A stretch of DNA of 64,000 bases from an uncultured Clostridia bacterium (GTDB taxonomy: Bacteria; Bacillota; Clostridia; Christensenellales; UBA1242). The stretch's first letter is position 1; each line of letters starts with the position of its first letter. Positions 43,201-50,300 of the stretch are shown here, one piece after another. The translations under genes were made by a program, and so were the position numbers. Below the pieces are notes generated by a model. That model had not been told where the DNA came from and ran no database searches. It worked only from the letters and a program-made list of their open reading frames with translations. The DNA lies in assembly GCA_947588355.1 (NCBI GenBank), contig CANPYI010000006.1, positions 1,910 through 65,909 of the forward strand. Reading direction: 5' to 3'.

Positions 43201-44958
43201 TGTGTCATATTTTATTGTTGCAAAAATTTTGTCAAGGAGACCTATTTTCAGTCCGTTTTCTGTGTCTTCAAGAGAGATAAATCTTGCATAATTGTTGCTG
43301 TCCAACATTTGTTTTACAGTATCCACAACACTTTGCGAGTCTTCTGCTCCTGCCACAGAAACAATCATCTTCAGCACATCGCCGATTTCTTCCAAAGAGC
43401 CGCAAATTTTAAGACCGGCAAACTCCAAGAAAAACATTTCATTTTGATAGTTCAAAACAAGTTGTTTTCCCAAAATATTTGCTTCGACTTGTGCCTGTAT
43501 GCCATTTTCAGTTTTTGCATAAGCAAAATTTGCCACAAAATTTGTTAAGCCAATGTTGATTTGAGCCGTTCCAGAAATATAATCTTGCTCAATCGTCTGC
43601 AAAACAGCATCGACAGCAGGAATAACTTGCGCGATATCGGCATGTTTTTGCGAGGAAACATTGATTTCTTTTGCTTGAGTTGTTGAAAGGTTGATATTCA
43701 AGGAATTTCCTTCAAAAGACACTTCCTTAAATTTGTTTTCCGTCAAGAGAATGTCAATTTCGCCAATGTCTCGCAAGGAAATAACAAATTTGTCACCCTG
43801 ATGTGTCAAACTTTGCAAAACACTCAAATCAACGCTGTCCAAACTTGCATCGCCAAGTCCAAGCCCACCAATAAGAGTGGCAAAATTGCCTTCTTTCAAG
43901 CAAGAAAGAATGACAGCGATCTTTTCCATAGGCAAAGATTTATCAAAATGTTTTTCAAGCAAGGCTGCAACTTGGTCAAGATCAGAAAGAGCAAATTTTA
44001 AATAAATATTGCCATATTCAAGATAAAAAACATCATCAACAAAGGATACTTTAAGTGGTAAATCCAAAATAATTGTCTCGAACATCGCTTTTTTGTTTGA
44101 CGCATCAACATTTATTGTGCCGCCAATAGCAAAATCATTAGCCGCAACATCCACATCAAACGCAAAATTATCGGCGCTTATTGTGTCAATCACAGCGGTC
44201 GCGATGTCCAAAAGTTCGGTCACCTCAATAAATTCTTCTTGTGCTGGCTGAACGATTTCAATATTTTGTGGATAATCTATGTTTGCAGAAAGACGCAGCC
44301 CCATTCCTGAAATGTCTGTTCGAGGCAAAGAAATTGATTTCAAACTGTAATCAAGGTCGCAAACAATCGTCAATGCACCAACAACAGGCACATTGATGAC
44401 GATCGTGCTTGTGTTTCCGTTGATTGTTTCTGTAAGGTCACTGAGCATACCCAAAATCATGTTGATATCCATACCGGCAAGATCAACTCCGTCCAAACTT
44501 GGCATAGAAACGCCCAAAAGGCCGGTTATTTTGGTGACCGCTTCCATAATATTGTCGGTTTCCATGCAAAATTTGCCATTGAAAAGTTGAACAAATATGT
44601 GCGTGCCGTCATATGCAATTTTTATATCAAATTTTTGATCGTCAAGGTCAAGCGAAATATTTCCATCTGCTTTAAGGTCGGAAAACCCGCCCGAAAGGTC
44701 CAATTGCCCATCAACTCTGATTTTAATATTCTTTGCACCGGTGTCAATTTCGGCATCAAGGTTGATATCCAAAGCCTTGGCACTTTTAAATCTTTCAACA
44801 ATGCTCAAAAGTTGAGCAGGAATTTCTGTCGCCGATGCGTCCTCTTTGACCTCTGCAGGCGAAAGAAAGATAATTCCCGCTGCTGTGCCAACGGCAATCA
44901 ACAAATAAAGAACAACCATGCCTGCAACTTTGCCTACACGTTTGAAAAACTTTTTCAT
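37231..44958 (-). CDS. giant (2,575 aa) N-terminally membrane-anchored protein: ~9 copies of an unassigned ~180-aa repeat, a unique middle region and C-terminal B-repeats
   Basis: Uninterrupted ORF. GGAGG lies 6 nt upstream of ATG 44958. The N-terminus is MKKFFKRVGKVAGMVVLYLLIAVGTAAGIIFLSP, a signal-anchor. For repeats and C-terminal B-repeats see the sub-features. Confidence 0.9.
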   Translation of the reverse strand: MKKFFKRVGKVAGMVVLYLLIAVGTAAGIIFLSPAEVKEDASATEIPAQLLSIVERFKSAKALDINLDAEIDTGAKNIKIRVDGQLDLSGGFSDLKADGNISLDLDDQKFDIKIAYDGTHIFVQLFNGKFCMETDNIMEAVTKITGLLGVSMPSLDGVDLAGMDINMILGMLSDLTETINGNTSTIVINVPVVGALTIVCDLDYSLKSISLPRTDISGMGLRLSANIDYPQNIEIVQPAQEEFIEVTELLDIATAVIDTISADNFAFDVDVAANDFAIGGTINVDASNKKAMFETIILDLPLKVSFVDDVFYLEYGNIYLKFALSDLDQVAALLEKHFDKSLPMEKIAVILSCLKEGNFATLIGGLGLGDASLDSVDLSVLQSLTHQGDKFVISLRDIGEIDILLTENKFKEVSFEGNSLNINLSTTQAKEINVSSQKHADIAQVIPAVDAVLQTIEQDYISGTAQINIGLTNFVANFAYAKTENGIQAQVEANILGKQLVLNYQNEMFFLEFAGLKICGSLEEIGDVLKMIVSVAGAEDSQSVVDTVKQMLDSNNYARFISLEDTENGLKIGLLDKIFATIKYDTLLNEVVVESEKIDADIQLSYKKVEIDKYDVADFMHISEVAEEVEGLYNYIKQQKYYLDITATYKDFALTGALNFDEDGLRAQIVISAFEQTAIINIIGDDVYFDIKDLHVECNFEDLKTLIGSIFAKFETTELPENILESVSLEQLLENIQIHCNEEGLFVDGQDLFAQIRFVGNAPSSLNVNYKDFVFTADIKNTARAITPIQDSEKYVPLSDFVDKALWLVDYVQSGEYYADVKVEIDEDVCLTGKVNYNTDGFSADIKLNAKGLEASVKVVDEVVYIDFKDLHVSFAFTELDALAEFLKQQLNVDIKAELEGLKDVKDVDIAGILTALALGYKNNSLQFSFKDITANINFDKEKLKSVVITYKDITVTVTRVDEATNVEKPNNEYTCATEILTKAATLMSYVDAGKYYAKIEANVQGIEIKGAINYDTNGLSAILKAEYKGIEASIRVFDKEVYVDVKDIHICASLDELDSLMAFLEDTFGIEIDAKSLEEKSKADIIFAVLKELEIGYANDILSAKYNDITAKVFFEEDNLQKAEIGYKDIFATVTKLDEATEIDKSADEKIYTPMQDLLGKISDVYKYITGNEYYVTISGNYKDISITGAVNYVGGKLSAEIKVVAYEQTATIKIFDKLLYVDFKGIHILLDLDDLDDIMAKIKDKFGFDIKEKLQSVNQDTKIEEIIAEMLLGYKDGLLTAGYKGVEASVNFVGDRLEKIVVSYGELFAEITRKNEAQDVTALDEEVTYVSALDLIDKAGEVYSYIKNNIFYIKLEADLGFKVLGHVNYDVDGFSASLSATIDGLSIKAYLLDNVVYLDVDNLKLKFNLGDIENVLQYIKDEFNKDLLTKYNEIKDKLNGLKDSTDIDIGSLDIKQLLSDLQISLSDSNLDIMLPQLSAFVTFSESDMIQSVKIQAEGIDATATVDKKETVSVEGDYFDVMDVLPFVTSIKSYVMGKKYNLTADAEVYEGLTQIYDAKRIVLQVDITDTLKFYGDAKVTGVDGTKAAGFDLNLNLSIFENYLYVNYNGLKLKINTSGLQGLLTMVCEILGIDPSMVSFITGEESGDSGLDGSVVNKLLPKLDTSNPLSMISIIKSFKVKGNTLDISLDGSFISSAERAEYMDIQIVLDGQNLSKLVIKNLYTGVTNNEHFNLVINFKELKTMTKPDTSLKYIDLSGAEDLIAAVINTATHKTFELTGKLKVDLTFTIVKQYHVTWDIPVKIQLKLVDNKPQIYAEIGVIPVPKVAELIMINNDTPWILPTVNNRMLYIYYKDEFVYFYRHEDRGSKQEKGSYEKKLKAHVDTVLDDPIYYLQWGTGFSDLIIDAIRKSLEIEHTVDLGNIINSFDLPNDNNPHYTLSLNMKEITGDKNMGDMSIGIELADFKKQLDDGKTVEQKVIGSLNFGLNMPFADAVQLDLKTTNDNSQDMNLTLDKDLDFTSFDEFINNYTYPENEEWDAEKGEWKKAAEREFTVTFQTNVDGLTAENVTGKIGQTFTLPNYTQNHVVGQKQSGTDYTIYKFAGWYTDANFAAGTEFTTGKIPRYNVTLYAKWEVVEAWRTMTFMYNGKVLGTQYGDYIAGTELVDIETLNQKSEIEEKNGIYLYKKRFKGWQDDQGIPLTVIPNESTTLYANYETYETLIEYTLSFDTGVGEKLDPIKVYGGEEAKGTFRDYGKEDIVIYDSGATTTYHFAGWFTDQAFELPFNDIMPHCDQTLYAKWDIVSVVYEWQLKIYDDEQLLVDTKLQTGTKIVQDASLTQDMVYALPETVRISDTTKWYLDAGFAQETFLPDEMPNNDLTLYVRNKYHVEYTYYELVNNVHTKKTFKADMYQGETFELLGQQNYYIDTKRANSDWLDYRTTYTFAGYNYAPFSLSGKTARVDNQDMIFSSIVNISKQNWYYITFDVTFVKPSAWLFDYSIVESPKPISEVAILDGETFTPSNYTRTCVCRYVIKYNFKILSWSLTNCQNASDGATNIHGYDTLQPFAVHSDTKLYAIWGK
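37234..38811 (-). repeat. C-terminal ~526 aa with about 5-6 degenerate Listeria-Bacteroides-type repeats
   Basis: FTVTFQTN...YKFAGWYTD...VTLYAKW; ...RFKGWQDD...TTLYANY; ...YHFAGWFTD...QTLYAKW; ...TYTFAGYNY...; ...TKLYAIWGK. The start was verified at about 38811 (EFTVTF). Confidence 0.65.
39800..44840 (-). repeat. protein-level tandem array of about nine ~176-200-aa units (unassigned family)
   Basis: A landmark motif recurs at aa ~62, 264, 460, 640, 816, 996, 1174, 1352 and 1540. It reads (helix)..(E/K)YY(A/V/L).(I/V)......(I/L).G.(I/V)NY...G(L/F)SA.(I/L)K....G(I/L)EAS(I/V).V.D..VY(I/V)D.KD(I/L)H(I/V)......ELD.L..FL. My counts are +/- 5 aa. Spacings are 176-202 aa. Confidence 0.7.
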
Positions 44959-46058
44959 GCGGCACCTCCAACAGGCAAAGTCACATTTTGATTGAAGACA
45001 AAATCAGTGTTTAATGTGCCGGTGCATTCTGCCGGGATTCCAAATGCAACAACAGTGTAATGCTCCAAAACTTCTGTCCTGACAAAATTCCAATTTTCGT
45101 CCAAAATCACTTTCACTTGAACGTCATAAAATTTGGGTGCGCTTTCCAAACCACTTGTTTGCATAACTTGTCTGTAATATCTAAGTACCGATGTCACGGG
45201 GTCAAGTTGCATCGTAAACTCATATGCTTTTTTGTCATTGAATGTTGTTTCAACAACCTGAACATTTGCTTCGTCAATAATTGTTTTGGAGGAAACAACA
45301 TATGGCAAAAGTCTGTCTGGTTGCATACCGTTAAGTTGCTCGTACTCGGTCAATGGAAGACTTTTGTCTTTTTTCCATACTGCAGTGTGAATTTTGGTTG
45401 TTTCATCTTGTTGCAGCCCGTCACCTTTGTATAACTGAACGTTTGAGCCGCCTTTTTGCATGACAGCGCAAGTTGCAACGGTAAGCATGCCCGCACTCAT
45501 ACTTTCAAACGTGTATGTGCTTCCGTCAAATTTTTTGCTGCTTGTGATATCTTGGTTTGCAATCGTGTCCACAACGCCAACACCAACAGCCTGATAAGAG
45601 GTCGCTTTTGATGCCAAAAAGTCGGCAATAGCAAAGTTTTGACTTGCAGAAAGTTTGCAAGGATTCAGTTTTCCGTTTGATTTTAAAATGGCAACTATGT
45701 CACCTATTTCGTTTTCACTTGAAAACTTTTGACCTGTGACAGAATTAAGCACGTTAATTCGATTGATTTCGTAGTCTTCAAGATTGTAATTTGAATAGTC
45801 AACAGACTGACCAGAAATATAGTCTTTGTACCAGCCACCAAGCCAAACACCGGAAGAAACTCCAAGCACAACAACCATTGCAAACGAAAAAACACGGCGT
45901 TGCCAAAAATGTTTTTTGCGTTGAAGTTTTTTTGCAGACGAAAAAGTTTCAGCACCAACATTGTTTGCTTTTTTAAGTCTCTTTTTTTTGTGGAACTTTA
46001 AGATTGGCTTAAAGTCCAAATTATCTTCAGGTTGTTTACCTAATATTTTACTCATCAA
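44955..46058 (-). CDS. bitopic membrane protein (367 aa), unknown function, translationally coupled to the 2,575-aa gene
   Basis: It has a basic cytoplasmic N-terminus, one TM (VFSFAMVVVLGVSSGVWLGGW) and a ~290-aa exported domain. Its TGA stop overlaps the downstream ATG (ATGA at 44958..44955). Its last codons contain that gene's GGAGG. The start is TTG 46058 or ATG 46055. Confidence 0.8.
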   Translation of the reverse strand: MMSKILGKQPEDNLDFKPILKFHKKKRLKKANNVGAETFSSAKKLQRKKHFWQRRVFSFAMVVVLGVSSGVWLGGWYKDYISGQSVDYSNYNLEDYEINRINVLNSVTGQKFSSENEIGDIVAILKSNGKLNPCKLSASQNFAIADFLASKATSYQAVGVGVVDTIANQDITSSKKFDGSTYTFESMSAGMLTVATCAVMQKGGSNVQLYKGDGLQQDETTKIHTAVWKKDKSLPLTEYEQLNGMQPDRLLPYVVSSKTIIDEANVQVVETTFNDKKAYEFTMQLDPVTSVLRYYRQVMQTSGLESAPKFYDVQVKVILDENWNFVRTEVLEHYTVVAFGIPAECTGTLNTDFVFNQNVTLPVGGAA

Positions 46059-46141
46059 TCGCCTTTTAAGAGGTTTTTATGTTTTAAGTAATGATTTGTC
46101 AGTTTTGAGTAAGTCTTGTTGTCAAACAAAACTCTTAATAC

Positions 46142-46171
46142 ATTATATAATGCATAGTGCATAAAAATCAA
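46142..46171 (-). promoter_or_regulatory. candidate promoter of the 367-aa/2,575-aa operon (TTGATT-N18-TATAAT)
   Basis: On the minus strand the -35 is at 46171..46166 and the -10 TATAAT at 46147..46142. The spacer contains the small palindrome ATGCActaTGCAT. The leader would be about 80 nt. Confidence 0.3.
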
Positions 46172-46235
46172 GTATTTTGAATAAATAGTTAAAATTTTTT
46201 AAATGTTTTTCTTTCAACTTATTCAATATTTGATA

Positions 46236-46264
46236 TTGACAACAAGCCTTGATTGTGATAAACT
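46236..46264 (+). promoter_or_regulatory. promoter TTGACA-N17-TAAACT ending 6 nt before ATG 46271 (leaderless-type arrangement)
   Basis: TTGACA at 46236-46241, an exact 17-nt spacer, TAAACT at 46259-46264, then ATTTGC and the ATG. No SD is present. Confidence 0.5.
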
Positions 46265-46270
46265 ATTTGC

Positions 46271-47293
46271 ATGAAAAAGCCTAAAGATAAAAAAATTGAA
46301 AACAAAAAGATAAACAAATCAAAAAAGAAAACTGTCTTTAAAGCGGTTGGGATTCCGGTCGTGGTTATTGCTTTAGCAGGATCTGCTTTTTTGCTTTACA
46401 ATTGTATCGCAAACAATCACTACAACAGCACCCCGCCTGCCAAGGACCCTTTTACAAGCGACCATGTTTGGGACAACAACGGCAATGATATTCAAATCGG
46501 GGACGACGGCAACATAATCACAGATCAACTTTCAGAAACCGACAAACAAATTTTGACTGCTCAAATGAAAAATCTAGTATTGCAGGACGCAAATTCACGT
46601 TTGGAAAACAGTATAGATTCAGTTGATGACATTCTTTCAATTTCGTTGCTGCCTTACAATCTTTTTGAAAAAGACAACGAATTTGACAAATACTATCTTT
46701 CAATTTTGTTTTCTGACAAAGGCGAAACATATACCTTAAATTATCTTACCGGAAAAGACTCGCCTGTCACAACGCAAGATTTTTGTAAAGACAGCAGTTC
46801 AAAAGATACGTTTGCAGACTTTATACATTTTTTGAATTACGAATGTGCACTTGACACTTGCGAAAAAATGAATGGCTCCGCACTTGCCGTCAAAAATGCT
46901 TTGCAAGGTGATGTGGTGCATGTTGGAAACACATATTGTGGATACGAAAAAAGTGGCGATGAATATTATTACATTCCAATATATCATCAAGATGGCACAT
47001 GCACGATTTACAACTCTTGGACTTCACCAATCGACGGTCAAGATTTGGATCCTATGGAAGAATTTTTGAAAGAAATCACAAACCCAACGATTGAAAGCAA
47101 CAAAAAATATTTTCAATGCCTTACAGACTGGACAACTGAAAATTCACAAACAATCGAAAATTTAAACAACATAGTTCAACTTTGGCAGAAAATTAAAACG
47201 CCAGAACAACAAAATTCTGCCCAAAATGAAAGTTCAACGAAAAACAATGTTGTTGTAAAAAAACAATTCAAAGAAAAAGACTTGTCAAAATAA
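46271..47293 (+). CDS. bitopic membrane protein (340 aa), unknown function
   Basis: It has a Lys-rich N-terminus (MKKPKDKKIENKKINKSKKK), one TM (AVGIPVVVIALAGSAFLLY) and a ~290-aa exported Asp/Asn/Cys-containing domain with no recognised motif. It is divergent from the 367-aa gene. Confidence 0.75.
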   Translation: MKKPKDKKIENKKINKSKKKTVFKAVGIPVVVIALAGSAFLLYNCIANNHYNSTPPAKDPFTSDHVWDNNGNDIQIGDDGNIITDQLSETDKQILTAQMKNLVLQDANSRLENSIDSVDDILSISLLPYNLFEKDNEFDKYYLSILFSDKGETYTLNYLTGKDSPVTTQDFCKDSSSKDTFADFIHFLNYECALDTCEKMNGSALAVKNALQGDVVHVGNTYCGYEKSGDEYYYIPIYHQDGTCTIYNSWTSPIDGQDLDPMEEFLKEITNPTIESNKKYFQCLTDWTTENSQTIENLNNIVQLWQKIKTPEQQNSAQNESSTKNNVVVKKQFKEKDLSK

Positions 47294-47327
47294 AAAACTC
47301 TTTCTGATTTTGAAAGAGTTTTTTTTT
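47294..47327. terminator. bidirectional rho-independent terminator between convergent genes
   Basis: A 9-bp stem AACTCTTTC (47296-47304) / GAAAGAGTT (47312-47320), with an A-run before it and a T-run after it. It serves the 340-aa gene (+) and the 1,698-aa gene (-). Confidence 0.8.
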
Positions 47328-50300
47328 AAAACTTGATTTTCCTTGCATTCTTTTTTCTGAAAATGATCACAATCACGCCAATGATTGTCAAGATTATTAC
47401 TGCAATTGAAATATATGAAGCATAATCAAGCCAAGTTTCATCTTCTATAACGATGTAAAATTCGCCGAGTTGATCACAAGATATCCAAAGTTGATTGTCG
47501 TCATTTTTCTGGCATGCAAGAAGATTGTAATTTTGCCCATTTTTTTGATAAACGCGAATATTGTTTTTTTCAAAAAGTTTTTTGGAAATGTTCATTTTGA
47601 TTGTAAACATGCCATCAACATCAACAACTTCGCCATTTTCCGCAATCCATATATTAAGTTTAAGAGCTATGCGATATTTTTCTATCTTTTGTGTGTTCTC
47701 AACAACTTCAGTCACATAATCAAGAGTGTAATCTTTTTCCAAAACGGGATCGTTTGTTGTTATCACAATTTCATTATTTTTAATAGCATCAAAAGTGATA
47801 TCTGCAAGCAATTTTTCTGGATAAATCAAATTGTAATTGTTTGACTTTTCTCCTGTCAGTTTTATGTCGTCAATACGCACTTCAATATTTTTTCCTATCT
47901 CTGTGCTGACAAAATGAGCACTGTTTTTTCGGTCATAATCAAGATAAACATCATCTACAAGCCCAGAAACATATGCATTTTTGATGTATGCGTTTGTTGT
48001 GCCGTCATAAATTTTGTCGGAAACGCTGACAATCAAGTAAACATCTTTTTTCAATATTTCAAGTTTTGCAGGTAGAAATTCAATGTTGTAGTTGTCATTG
48101 TAAACACTTGCCACAAGATCATAAGTGCCGATGTTTTCCCCTCCTTGTCTTGTTATTGCACCATAAAGTTCATCACCGTTGATCAACTCACCTTCAACAA
48201 TACTGTAGGTGAATGAAGGATCTTCCTGCCCGTATATTTTTTGATAATCGTCACACTTGAGTGTAAGTTTGATCGGCAAAATGGTGACTGTTCCTTTTTG
48301 GAATTTTATTGTGTAGTTTCTTCCGGCGGTGAGAGTGCTGATAATATCATACACACCAACGGAGTTTCCGCTCATTCTGTACAACCCACCAGAAAGATTG
48401 TCGCCGTCCAAAATCTCGCCAGAAACAATTTTGTAAGAAAGTTCAGGCTCCTTGTCGCCATAACTTATTTGGAAACTGTCTGCCTCTATGACAATCTCTC
48501 GAGGCAAAATACTGAAATAATAGTCAGCAAAAACAATTTCATAGTTTGGATTTGTCAAAGTGCAAAAAATTTTGTATCTGCCAACGTTTTCTATGGTTCC
48601 GTCTGATTTTTGTCTGTACAAAGTTCCGTCCAAGTGGTCGCCCTCAAGCAAATCACCTTTGATTTGATATGTAATTTCTGTGTCGGGATCGCCAAATTGT
48701 TTGGAAATATTTGTTGGAATTATCTCAATCTGCCTTGGCAAAATTTGATATACGCCTTCAACAAAATCAACCTGATAGTTTGAATTGAGTGACAAACTGC
48801 CTTTGTGAATTTTGTATTGTCCAACATCTTCGCCCTCATCTCTTTCAAGGCTGCCTTCAATTTGGTCAGAAAAAGCCAATCCATTTTCGGATATTTTGTA
48901 TGTCAAATTGTTGTCATCATCACCGTATATCTTGCTTGTTGCAATTGCAGAAATTGTGACCTGGCGTTTGATAATTGTCAAACTTCCGCCCTCAAATGTC
49001 AAATTGTAATTTTTTCCAAATGAAAAGTCTCCTTGACTTATGATGTAAACTCCTGTTTGCTCCCCCTCTTGTCTTGTCATGCTGCCGGTTGCAATATTTT
49101 CCACTCGGTCATTGTTTTTCAAAAGTCCGTCTGTGACAGTGACACTGAAATATGGATCGTTGTCTCCATATATCTTGATTTTTTCGTCCGCTTTGATGCT
49201 TATGTCACTTGGAATAATTTCTAGATATGCCTCAACAAAAGTGATTGCATATCGAGAATCATTGGTGTTGCAATAGAGTAAATATTTTCCAACATCTTCG
49301 CCATATTCACGTAAAATATCAACTGAAAGATGCTGCCCATCAACTTCGTTTGAAACTTCATAAGAAAATTTTGGATCATCTTCGCCATAAATTTTTGTGG
49401 AATCAAAACTTGTCACAACAACAGGTCTTTTGTTTATGATAAAATTTGTGTTGCTTGTGTTTGTAAAGAAATAGTTTTTGTTTGAAGACAGACCGTTCAA
49501 GTCATATTCATAAACGCCAACAACTTCACCCTCTTTTCTTGAAATTTTGCCGTCCAGAATGCTTTCATCGTCATCAAAACAAAATTTGCCTTCAAGTTTG
49601 TATTCAATCTCAGGGTCTTCATCTCCAAAATATTTGCTGTAACTGTCGATAGAAATAGCAACTTCTTTTGGCAAAATTTCAAAATAAGAATTTGTCAAAG
49701 CAAGGTCATAATATGATTGAACATTGTCACCCTCCATCACAAACTGATATTGTCCAACTTCTTCACCTGGATTTCGAGCAATATTTATTTGCAAAGAGTC
49801 GCCTTCCAAAACATTTCGCGCAGTGTAAACAAATTCTGGATCGTGTTCGCCATAAATTTTGGTGGTGTTTGTGACAAATATGTTGACCTTGCGCTTTGAA
49901 ATTTGTATGCTTGAATTAAGAAACTTAAATTCAAAATCAAAATTCTCTTTTTTGTCACATTCAACATCGAAACTTTCTATATTGATTGTTGCAACGCCAC
50001 ATTTGATGCTGTTTAATTTTGCGTCCAAATTTAACGCAAATTGTGCCTCTGTGATATTGTTTTTGTAAGTTACATCAAACTCAACAGAATTGCCACCATC
50101 ATATTCTTTGTCCTTAAAGCCAACTTCAACAACAATTTGCCTTTTTGTGATATTGAGGACATTTGTTGTGAAAATTATCTCATAATTTGTATTTGAAAGT
50201 GTGCCAAGTTGGATGAAATACTGTCCAACATCTTCCCCATCTTCACGATCAAGGTTTCCAAAAATCTCATCATCTCCTACAAGATTTTCAACTTGATATG

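Noticed and set aside
37738-43548. Plus-strand ORFs inside the 2,575-aa gene (37738-38691, 317 aa; 42955-43548, 197 aa).
   Set aside because: The same codon-aligned antisense artefact (starts congruent to 1 mod 3 against a gene whose codons end congruent to 0 mod 3). The products are low-complexity and implausible.
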